Source of the DNA: a virus
Lineage: Duplodnaviria; Caudoviricetes
Reading direction: 5' to 3' (one strand)
DNA: 48,168 nt
Virus record (IMG/VR): IMGVR_UViG_3300021082_000037
Span: 1-48,168 of that record
A program made the translations under genes and the position numbers. Under the pieces are notes generated by a model. That model ran no database searches and had not been told where the DNA came from. It saw nothing but the letters and a program-made list of their open reading frames with translations. Shown piece after piece: positions 33,748 through 41,123 of this stretch (position 1 is the stretch's first letter; each line of letters begins with the position of its first letter).

Positions 33748-34748
33748 TGCTTCGATTCGAGGATTACAACGACGCGGTGTACGCGCACACCGACTACGTG
33801 AAGTACCTGCGTCACCCTGACGCTGCCGAGATGGCGCAGTCGTGGCTGACCGACCGCGACAACAAGTACGGGGAGACGGCCGCGCTCCCATCCTGGGTCG
33901 CATTCCAGCATGCGCTCACCGACGCGACCAACACGGATCTGTGCTGGATGACCGTCGAGATGATGGACCTGGTCCAGTCGGCGATGAAGGACTTCGACCC
34001 GCAGGAGAAGGTGACGGTCGACGACATCTTCCTGCCGTCGGGCTTCCTCGTCCTACCGCACTCGTTCCTGTCCTCGGACATCAACGGCAAGAAGGTGGGC
34101 TGGCGGCTGCTGTGCTGGAAGCTCGTCGACCCGATGGTCAAGTTCGTCAACGACGAGGCCGGACCCATCGGCTACACGTACGACCTCTCGATGGAGGGTG
34201 AGCCGGAGGCTGGCGTCCGCTTCATGCAGGCGTCGTGGATCTTCGACGACGACGACTTCACCGAGGAGTACCCGGAGATGATGGTCGAGCTTCGCAAGCG
34301 CCAGGACCTGCAGTGGGGGATCGCGCACGCCACCTCGATCCCGCTCCGCTACATGTCCGACCCGAAGGAGACGAGCGGCGAGGGAGATCGCAACGCCAGC
34401 TGGCTTCTGTTCTGGAGGGTGATGCAGAAGTTGATGGCCGAGAAGATCGTGAAGTCCGAGCCGCAGCACCCTGGCCGACCGGCCCGGCGTGACGCGCTCC
34501 GCTTCGAGGTGCCGCCCTCGATCCTGCGCGTGATCGAGCTTCGCCGTGTCCGCGGCGAGCATGAGACGGAGGGCCGGGAGAACGGGCAGCACCGCTACAC
34601 GCACCGCTGGATCGTGCGCGGCCACTGGCGCAACCAGTGGTACCCGAGCGAGGGCAGGCACAAGCAGAAGTACATCGGTGAGTACGTCAAGGGTCCGGAG
34701 GACCTGGACCTGATCGTCAAGCAGCGCGTCTTCAACTGGGACAGGTGA
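33747..34748 (+). CDS. Conserved phage protein with C-terminal HRWIVRGHWRNQW motif
   Basis: 333 aa; TGATG-coupled. Confidence 0.85.
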   Translation: MLRFEDYNDAVYAHTDYVKYLRHPDAAEMAQSWLTDRDNKYGETAALPSWVAFQHALTDATNTDLCWMTVEMMDLVQSAMKDFDPQEKVTVDDIFLPSGFLVLPHSFLSSDINGKKVGWRLLCWKLVDPMVKFVNDEAGPIGYTYDLSMEGEPEAGVRFMQASWIFDDDDFTEEYPEMMVELRKRQDLQWGIAHATSIPLRYMSDPKETSGEGDRNASWLLFWRVMQKLMAEKIVKSEPQHPGRPARRDALRFEVPPSILRVIELRRVRGEHETEGRENGQHRYTHRWIVRGHWRNQWYPSEGRHKQKYIGEYVKGPEDLDLIVKQRVFNWDR

Positions 34749-35080
34749 TCGAGATGACCAAGAGCTACCTCGACATGCTCGCCGTCGGCGAGATGCGAGT
34801 GGACGAGGCCCTCTGGGGTGAAGGCGCAGAGCCGATCATCCTGGAGTTCCTCCAGAACGAGTACGACCCGAAGACCATGCCCCTGCTGGCAGCCGCCGAC
34901 GTGAAGGATCGCGAAGGCGTCTGGCTGCTCGGGTGGGAGGACGACGGCACCGACTGGCCGAACCTCCTCGTCTACCTCTTCGGCGAGGACTACCGCGACC
35001 AGCAGATGGCCCGGATCAAGCTGCGGAAGCAGCTGGACGCAGCGAGCGACGGCCGCTTCGGCCTCGGGTTCCAGCGATGA
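34745..35080 (+). CDS. Hypothetical protein
   Basis: GTGA-coupled; 111 aa. Confidence 0.7.
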   Translation: MIEMTKSYLDMLAVGEMRVDEALWGEGAEPIILEFLQNEYDPKTMPLLAAADVKDREGVWLLGWEDDGTDWPNLLVYLFGEDYRDQQMARIKLRKQLDAASDGRFGLGFQR

Positions 35081-35262
35081 GCGTCCAGGACGGGACCGAG
35101 TACCGGGTCGTCTGGTACGTCGGCGGCGCACGGCGGGTGATCATCAAGCAGACGCGCCACGCTGCCGACGACCTCGTCTTCTGGCTCCGCCAGAACCGGA
35201 GCATGAGCGTCCAGCCCTGGATCGAGGAGAGGGAGGTCGGCCCGTGGAGTAGGTCAACGTGA
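35077..35262 (+). CDS. Hypothetical protein
   Basis: ATGA-coupled; IEEREVGPW C-terminus. Confidence 0.65.
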   Translation: MSVQDGTEYRVVWYVGGARRVIIKQTRHAADDLVFWLRQNRSMSVQPWIEEREVGPWSRST

Positions 35263-35471
35263 CCACCTGCAGTACGTGTGGCTGCGTGATCGAGCGCGAA
35301 CAAGACGCCTGGTGGGAGATCATCGGGTGGGAGAAGGCACGGAGGGGAGGCGGCACCAACGCGGTCTTCGACCGCAAGCGGACCGGCTCTGCGATGTGCG
35401 ACCCATGCCACCAGCGGCGCAAGTTCGGTGGCTCAACCGGACAGGGGGAACTCTTTGCCCAGGGAACGTGA
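35259..35471 (+). CDS. Zn-finger protein
   Basis: CSTCG...MCDPC. Confidence 0.65.
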   Translation: MTTCSTCGCVIEREQDAWWEIIGWEKARRGGGTNAVFDRKRTGSAMCDPCHQRRKFGGSTGQGELFAQGT

Positions 35472-36081
35472 CCTCAGCTTCGAGAAGCTGGCGGAGGTGT
35501 GCGGCGTGGACATCACGGCGCTCACACCCACCGCCCGAGGAGCGCTGAACCGTGCGCTCTCCGACATCCGCTCGGCGACGACCGAGCTTGACGACGGCGA
35601 GCTTGCGCTCGTCATCGAGGCGAAGGCCTCGACCTACCGGCGCGTGATGGACGGGGCGATTCTGACCCCGACCGCCCTCGCCAAGCACTGGCCCAACCTG
35701 GACGGGATGCTCTCGGCGCAGACGGCACCGGTCACCTACGTCACCCACGACCGCGCCTACTGCACGACCTGCGAGGGACTGCGCTTCGTCCACGCTGGCT
35801 ACCGCCAGCCGACGCTGACCCAGTGGATGATCGACGTGGCGAGCAAGCCGAAGGCGAAGCCGCCAGCACCGTGGCTCCTCGACCCCTCGCTCTACGTGCC
35901 CGAGCGCCACGGCCACGACATGTACCGCGCCTGCCCCGACTGCAACGAGGCCGGGCAGAGGATCACGGAGGAGTACCTGGGCCGGTTCAACCGGCTCTAC
36001 GCGGGAGGCCCACGCCTGCCCGTGCCCGAGCAGACCGCACGGTTGTTCGGTACAATGCAACCACCCAACACGGAGGAGTGA
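35428..36081 (+). CDS. Replication-initiator-like protein (start uncertain)
   Basis: LTPTALAKHW motif resembling actinophage RepA C-termini, followed by CxxC...CPDC. Confidence 0.5.
   Translation: MAQPDRGNSLPRERDLSFEKLAEVCGVDITALTPTARGALNRALSDIRSATTELDDGELALVIEAKASTYRRVMDGAILTPTALAKHWPNLDGMLSAQTAPVTYVTHDRAYCTTCEGLRFVHAGYRQPTLTQWMIDVASKPKAKPPAPWLLDPSLYVPERHGHDMYRACPDCNEAGQRITEEYLGRFNRLYAGGPRLPVPEQTARLFGTMQPPNTEE
36051..36056 (+). promoter_or_regulatory. -10 box TACAAT upstream of the SSB-like gene
   Basis: AT-rich near-consensus hexamer in a GC-rich context, 12 nt before ACACGGAGG. Confidence 0.45.
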
Positions 36082-36082
36082 C

Positions 36083-36835
36083 ATGAATCAGCAGATCGTC
36101 GGCGTCGTCGCTGGACTAGAGCAGCGGTCGGGCGGCTGGGTTGCCGTCTCCATTCTGGAGCCGAACAGCCAGTACCCGAAGAAGCTCTCGACGAAGAAGC
36201 AGGAGTTGATCGGCCAGGCCCAGCAGTTGATGGGTCAGCTGGTCACCGCTGGCTTCAACGAGCAGGAGTCCACGAACATCAACCCGCACAACGGGCAGCC
36301 GTACATGAACCGCTACCTGGAGGCGCTCGCCTTCGGGCAGGTCGACCTGGTCGGGATGCCGACCCAGATCCAGCCGCAGCAGTTCATGCCGCAGGCCCAG
36401 CCGCAGCAGCAGTTCCAGGGCCAGCCGCAGGGCTTCGCCGGGCAGCCTGCCGCGCAGCCGATGATGCAGCCGCAGCCGGTCATGCAGCAGCAGCCGCAAG
36501 CTCACCCGACCGGCACGATCCAGCACGTCGTCCGAGACGACGACGTGAGGACGAAGCAGATCCACCGCCAGACGGCGACGAAGGTGGCCGCGGCGATGCT
36601 GCCGCTGCTCTCGCCGGAGAACCACAACCTCGCCGCCCTGATCCGGATCAGCGAGCAGCTGGTGCAGTACTACGACAACGGCGTCCAGTGGCAGACCGAG
36701 CCGGTGCAGGCCCAGCCGCAGCAGGCCCAGCAGCCGCAGCAGCAGCAGGTCCAGCAGCAGCAGCCGCAGGGCTACGAGAACCCCGGCGAGTACGGGCCTC
36801 AGTACCAGCCCACCGACGACGACATCCCGTTCTGA
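36083..36835 (+). CDS. SSB-like / DNA-annealing protein with Gln-Pro linkers
   Basis: OB-like N-terminus, acidic DDDIPF C-terminal tail, IHRQTA motif. Confidence 0.7.
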   Translation: MNQQIVGVVAGLEQRSGGWVAVSILEPNSQYPKKLSTKKQELIGQAQQLMGQLVTAGFNEQESTNINPHNGQPYMNRYLEALAFGQVDLVGMPTQIQPQQFMPQAQPQQQFQGQPQGFAGQPAAQPMMQPQPVMQQQPQAHPTGTIQHVVRDDDVRTKQIHRQTATKVAAAMLPLLSPENHNLAALIRISEQLVQYYDNGVQWQTEPVQAQPQQAQQPQQQQVQQQQPQGYENPGEYGPQYQPTDDDIPF

Positions 36836-37011
36836 TGCCGAGGTGGACTGGGCGCTGGACGGCTCGCGTCGACCAGAGCTTCGAGATCGATGCCGACTCC
36901 GAGGAGGAGTTCGAGAAGCTCCTCGACGAGGAGATGGCACCGAGCAACGTGGTCGAACTCTTCGACTTCGGCAAGCACAGCGTGAAGGTGGCCGACGATG
37001 ACGAGGGATGA
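36835..37011 (+). CDS. Small acidic protein
   Basis: TGATG-coupled; FEIDADSEEE. Confidence 0.65.
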   Translation: MPRWTGRWTARVDQSFEIDADSEEEFEKLLDEEMAPSNVVELFDFGKHSVKVADDDEG

Positions 37012-37261
37012 GATCAAGGCCTGGCTCGCCGATCAGTCGGCGGTCGACTACCTGACCACCATCGCTCACGGGCAGGTCATCCTGGTGATGACCCGCTCCG
37101 AGGAACTCGTCACCAGCCTGACCCGGCGCGGTGCGACCGCTCGCTGGTACGACCGCGTCGAGTGGTCGACCAGGGCAGGCAAGTGCAAGGCCGACTTCCA
37201 GTGCGAGGTCCTTCTCGGGCCTCCCTTCTGGGAGCGCCAGGAACAGGAGGCTGCAGCATGA
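36998..37261 (+). CDS. Hypothetical protein
   Basis: 87 aa in operon. Confidence 0.6.
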   Translation: MTRDEIKAWLADQSAVDYLTTIAHGQVILVMTRSEELVTSLTRRGATARWYDRVEWSTRAGKCKADFQCEVLLGPPFWERQEQEAAA

Positions 37262-37380
37262 CCACCATCTGCTCGAACGCTCTCTGTTACAACCGGGCGG
37301 AGGAGACGAACGACCCCGCTCACCCGCCCTTCTGCGAGAAGTGCAAGGCGAAGGTGGCGAAGGCGAAGGTGAAGCGATGA
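37258..37380 (+). CDS. Cys-rich microprotein
   Basis: ATGA-coupled, SD AGGAGG; ICSNALC...FCEKC. Confidence 0.55.
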   Translation: MTTICSNALCYNRAEETNDPAHPPFCEKCKAKVAKAKVKR

Positions 37381-37622
37381 CCGTCGCCGAAGCCATCGAG
37401 ATCCGGGACCGGGCGATCAGCCTCGGGCTGGAGTCCTGCTGCGACGAGTGCCGCTCCGCTATCGAGCGCCTCTCCAAGCTCGGGACGACGAACGCCCACA
37501 CGCTGACGGGTGTCCCCGTCCCCGACCCCACCTACCCGCAGCGCAAGAGGGAGGCGACCATCGGCCTCGGCCAGGAGGCCTCCGTCCGCTGGCTGCGGCG
37601 TCACATCGGGGCTGCAGCATGA
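37377..37622 (+). CDS. Hypothetical protein
   Basis: ATGA-coupled; CCDEC. Confidence 0.55.
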   Translation: MTVAEAIEIRDRAISLGLESCCDECRSAIERLSKLGTTNAHTLTGVPVPDPTYPQRKREATIGLGQEASVRWLRRHIGAAA

Positions 37623-38566
37623 GCAGCCTCGAACAGTTCCTCGGTGAGGTTGCCTCCGTGGCCTCACCGCAGGAAGCCTCGTCCGCGCTCGGGTGGCCGG
37701 GAAGGATCCGCCACCTGAGCGCGACGAGCATCGGCATGTTCCGCCGCTGCCCCGAGCAGTTCAGGCACCGGTACATCCTCGGCGAGAAGGAGCGCCCAGG
37801 AGAGGGACTCGTCATCGGCTCGGCCTTCCATGAGGGGGTCGAGTACAACTACGCCCAGAAGATCGAGAGCCACGTCGACCGGCCCACCGCCGAGGTCGTC
37901 GAGTACCTGCAGGACGTGGGGGTACCGAAGGTCCTGGAGGAGCAGGGCGGTGCGGACGAGATCGCCTGGGACAGCGGTGACGCAGTCAAGGGCGTCGACC
38001 TCCTGCGCCGGGACAGCGAGCGGATCCTGATCCGCTACCACGAAGACATCGTGCCCCGGATCCAGCCGATCTCGCTGGAGGAGGAGTTGTACATCCACGA
38101 CCCGAAGCTGATCGTGCCGATCATCGGCTACGTGGACGTGCGCTCGGGCTACGCGGTCGAGATGGACACGACGACCGAGTGGGTGCCGGACAGGATCATC
38201 GACACGAAGACGGGCAAGCAGTCCGTCTCGAAGCTGAAGCCGTCGTGGATGCTGCAGGCCACGATCTACTCGGCGATGACGAACCTGCCGGTCGAGTACC
38301 ACTCGATCTCCCGTGCCAAGACGCCGAAGATCACGACCGGGCTTGAGTCCCCGGACATGGTCTTCACGCCTGACCCGATCAAGACCGCCAACGTGATCCA
38401 CTCGGCCTCGCAGATTGCGCTGATGATCGCCTGGATGTACACCACCTACGGACCGGACGAGACGTGGCCTACGATGGGCCGCTTCGCGGACTGGTCGATG
38501 TCCTTCAGCCCCTGCACCAACTGCGGCTGGCGCAAGGTCTGCCCTGCCATGAGCGGAGAGGTGTGA
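37619..38566 (+). CDS. RecB/Cas4-like PD-(D/E)XK exonuclease with probable Fe-S cluster
   Basis: HLSATSI...RCP, GSAFH, GYVD, IIDTKTG, Q..IY, CTNCGWRKVCP. Confidence 0.85.
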   Translation: MSSLEQFLGEVASVASPQEASSALGWPGRIRHLSATSIGMFRRCPEQFRHRYILGEKERPGEGLVIGSAFHEGVEYNYAQKIESHVDRPTAEVVEYLQDVGVPKVLEEQGGADEIAWDSGDAVKGVDLLRRDSERILIRYHEDIVPRIQPISLEEELYIHDPKLIVPIIGYVDVRSGYAVEMDTTTEWVPDRIIDTKTGKQSVSKLKPSWMLQATIYSAMTNLPVEYHSISRAKTPKITTGLESPDMVFTPDPIKTANVIHSASQIALMIAWMYTTYGPDETWPTMGRFADWSMSFSPCTNCGWRKVCPAMSGEV

Positions 38567-38567
38567 G

Positions 38568-38969
38568 ATGCCCCAGATCAGCTACACCGAGGTCCTGACC
38601 GTCGTCACCTGCACCTGCGGGATCAACTTCGCGATCCCCGACACACTGCACGGGCAGATGCTCGACCACCGGGCGAGTGACCCCGGCCGGACCGTGAGCG
38701 TCTACTGCCCCCTCGGCCACCAGTGGCACTTCGTCGGCAAGAGCGAGGCGGAGAAGCAGCGCGAGCGAGCCGAGGCGGCGGAGCGTCGGGCGAAGGCGAC
38801 CCGAGATCTCCTCGCCGCCGAGGAGCGCTCTCACGCTGCGACGAAGGGCAACCTGACCAAGGTGAAGAAGCGGGTCGCCAACGGCGTCTGCCCTCACTGC
38901 AACCGGACGTTCGCCAACGTGCAGCGTCACATGAAGAGCAAGCACCCAGAGGAGTGTGCACACGCATGA
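38568..38969 (+). CDS. Zn-finger / coiled-coil protein
   Basis: CTCG...YCPLGH and GVCPHCNRTF...RHMKSKH C2H2. Confidence 0.8.
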   Translation: MPQISYTEVLTVVTCTCGINFAIPDTLHGQMLDHRASDPGRTVSVYCPLGHQWHFVGKSEAEKQRERAEAAERRAKATRDLLAAEERSHAATKGNLTKVKKRVANGVCPHCNRTFANVQRHMKSKHPEECAHA

Positions 38970-39196
38970 AGCCCGGCAAGATCCGCATCTACGTCCAGCG
39001 CACGGTCGGTCACACGTCCGTCTCGCTGGAGTGCCCCGCCGATGAGCGCGAGAAGACTGTCGAGTCGGCCAAGGTCCTGCTCGAATCGATGCCCGAGTCC
39101 ACCTTCCAGGGTGACGGTGTCGCGATCACCTCGATCCCGATGGGTGGCCCTGGCATGGACGGCCCGATGGGATTCCGGAGGATCGGCGGTGAGTGA
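38966..39196 (+). CDS. Hypothetical protein
   Basis: ATGA-coupled MKPGKIRIYVQ. Confidence 0.6.
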   Translation: MKPGKIRIYVQRTVGHTSVSLECPADEREKTVESAKVLLESMPESTFQGDGVAITSIPMGGPGMDGPMGFRRIGGE

Positions 39197-39353
39197 GTTG
39201 ACCCACCTGACGGTCGCCTTCGTGATCGTCGCTGCCCTGACGGTGCTCGCCCTGGTCGGCACCATCGTCACCTCTCCCGTGCTCGGGATCTTCGCCCTCG
39301 TCTTCCTGTTGATGGCGGCGCTGATCCTGCGCGAGATGTGGTACCTGTCGTGA
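39189..39353 (+). CDS. Two-TM membrane protein
   Basis: Two hydrophobic stretches in 54 aa. Confidence 0.6.
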   Translation: MSELTHLTVAFVIVAALTVLALVGTIVTSPVLGIFALVFLLMAALILREMWYLS

Positions 39354-39538
39354 TCCCGATGAGGGAGATCCAGGTGCTGGCGGCTGCAGCCGAGGGCCTC
39401 TGCGCCCAGGAGACGGCCCGGCGTCTGTTCCTCTCGCAGTGGACGGTGAAGGACTACCGCAAGAGGGCCATCGAGCGGCTCGGTGCGAGGAACACCACCC
39501 ACGCGGTGGCCCTCGCGCTCAGGCAGGGCCTGCTGTGA
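39350..39538 (+). CDS. Stand-alone LuxR-type HTH protein
   Basis: REIQVL...A.G....ETARRLFLS..TVK.Y....IERLGARN..HAVALALRQGLL. Confidence 0.9.
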   Translation: MIPMREIQVLAAAAEGLCAQETARRLFLSQWTVKDYRKRAIERLGARNTTHAVALALRQGLL

Positions 39539-40266
39539 CGCTCGCACCTGCCGTCCATCCTGCGATCCGCGGCGTCGAGGGGAAGCCCCGGCCGGTCGAG
39601 AAGACCTGCGCCGCGCCGGGCTGCATCTCCCTCAGCCAGCAGGCCCACCACATCTGGAGCCGCAGCTTCCTCCGAGGCCAGCCCTACGACTGGGTGCAGC
39701 TGCCGTCGGGGAGGGTGATCTCGAACACGCTCGGCCTCTGCATGCGTCACCACAACGACGTGACCGGCGGGATCGGCGGACACCAGGCGATGATCCGGCT
39801 GGAGTCAGACGAGACGTTCATCTGGCTCGCGGCCGGGGTCGTGGACGGAGTCCCGACCTGGACCCACCAGGGCCTGCTCCATCCTCAGCCCTGGAGCGAG
39901 ACGCCTGCCATCCCCGGCGAGGACCCCGCGCCCGAGCCTGAGCCTGAGAAGCGTTCTGCGGCCGAGCACCACCACGACCTCGAACCAGGTGAGACGTGCG
40001 ACTCCTGTGGCTACACGCGGCCACCGAAGCGTGCTGTGGGCCACAAGCGAGGGGCGAAGACGTACTCGATGGTGGTGCCTGACGACGCCGAGATCGGGGC
40101 TGACATCCTCGACGACTGGGTCGAGCAGTTCGCCGTCATCCTCGGCTTCGGCGACGACCTCACCTCGCGGCTCGTCCGCTACCACGTCATGGTCGCCGTG
40201 CTCGCCTGGACAATGCAGCACCGGACCGAGTTCATCGCCGACATCGCGGAGGTCGCCGCGTCATGA
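39535..40266 (+). CDS. HNH-like nuclease domain protein
   Basis: CAAPGC...AHHI...NTLGLC..HH; second CxxC. Confidence 0.65.
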   Translation: MTLAPAVHPAIRGVEGKPRPVEKTCAAPGCISLSQQAHHIWSRSFLRGQPYDWVQLPSGRVISNTLGLCMRHHNDVTGGIGGHQAMIRLESDETFIWLAAGVVDGVPTWTHQGLLHPQPWSETPAIPGEDPAPEPEPEKRSAAEHHHDLEPGETCDSCGYTRPPKRAVGHKRGAKTYSMVVPDDAEIGADILDDWVEQFAVILGFGDDLTSRLVRYHVMVAVLAWTMQHRTEFIADIAEVAAS

Positions 40267-40472
40267 AGACAGAGGCACAGGCCAAGGTCTACGAGTACGT
40301 GATCGAGTTCATCAACGACCACGGCTACTCGCCGACCGTTCGACAGGTCTGTGACGCCCTGGGATACTCGTCCACGGCGACGGCGCAGCAGCACATTAGA
40401 AGCCTGGTGGAGAAGGGCTATCTGCGAGGGGCAGGCCGCTCTCTCCAGCCGGGGGACGCAGGGGTCGAGTAG
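40263..40472 (+). CDS. LexA-type DNA-binding domain protein (no protease domain)
   Basis: Q.KVYEYV..FI..HGYSPTVRQVC.ALG.SS..TA..HI..L..KGYL. Confidence 0.9.
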   Translation: MKTEAQAKVYEYVIEFINDHGYSPTVRQVCDALGYSSTATAQQHIRSLVEKGYLRGAGRSLQPGDAGVE

Positions 40473-40483
40473 GGGAACTCGTA

Positions 40484-40505
40484 GCGGGGATGGGGGATCC
40501 CCGCT
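40484..40505. terminator. Hairpin at the convergence of early and late arms
   Basis: AGCGGGGAT...ATCCCCGCT. Confidence 0.55.
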
Positions 40506-40514
40506 CCCCTCGCC

Positions 40515-41123
40515 CTACCCGAACTGGTTCGAGGGGGCGAGCGTCCGATCCAGGTGCAGGTGCGGGGCGGCGTGGTGCGAGGAGATCCTCGACAGCGTCT
40601 GCCCCGCCCTGACCCGAGTCCCGGCAGGCAGCGAGTAGCGCCCGTCGATGTGGCCGAGCCACCAGACGTAGCCGTGGTCGTCCTTGAAGTACATGCTCTC
40701 GCCACCCTGGGCCGAGCCGAGCCGAAGGACGACGCCGTTGGCCGGTGCCGCCACTGCAGTCCCCGCCCTCGCCATGATGTCGACCGCCGTCTTCCGTCCC
40801 TGGTTGAGGTCGAGGCCGTCGGTGACGTGGGTGCCGTGCCCCGTCCAGGTCGAGGTGTTGATCTCGCCCTTCGGGACCTTGACCGGCTCGGGGGTCGAGG
40901 TCGGGACGAGAGGCACCGCGCTCGGGGCCGTCGCCTTCAGCGGCGGCGGAGGCCTCAGGCTCTTCTTCGGCGGCGGCGCGGCGAAGCTCGGCGGCGGTGC
41001 GAGCAGCGACTCGATGCCGCCGTAGTCCGGCGGGTCGGTCGTCAGCGACGGCATCCCTCCCGGCAGCGGCGTCGGCTGCGAGAGCAGGTCAGCTGCGCTC
41101 AGGGTCGGGAGCTTGAAGCTCAC
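40515..41123 (-). CDS. M23 peptidase with Pro-rich N-terminus (probably virion-associated)
   Basis: H...AVDIMA..GT.V.AP..G.V...WWLGH...APHLH. Confidence 0.8.
   Translation of the reverse strand: MSFKLPTLSAADLLSQPTPLPGGMPSLTTDPPDYGGIESLLAPPPSFAAPPPKKSLRPPPPLKATAPSAVPLVPTSTPEPVKVPKGEINTSTWTGHGTHVTDGLDLNQGRKTAVDIMARAGTAVAAPANGVVLRLGSAQGGESMYFKDDHGYVWWLGHIDGRYSLPAGTRVRAGQTLSRISSHHAAPHLHLDRTLAPSNQFG

Noticed and set aside
28945-35973. Additional TCACGGAGGA matches at about 28944 and 35963
   Set aside because: Both fall inside coding sequence (Ile-Thr-Glu-Glu codons) with no downstream start; probably coincidental.
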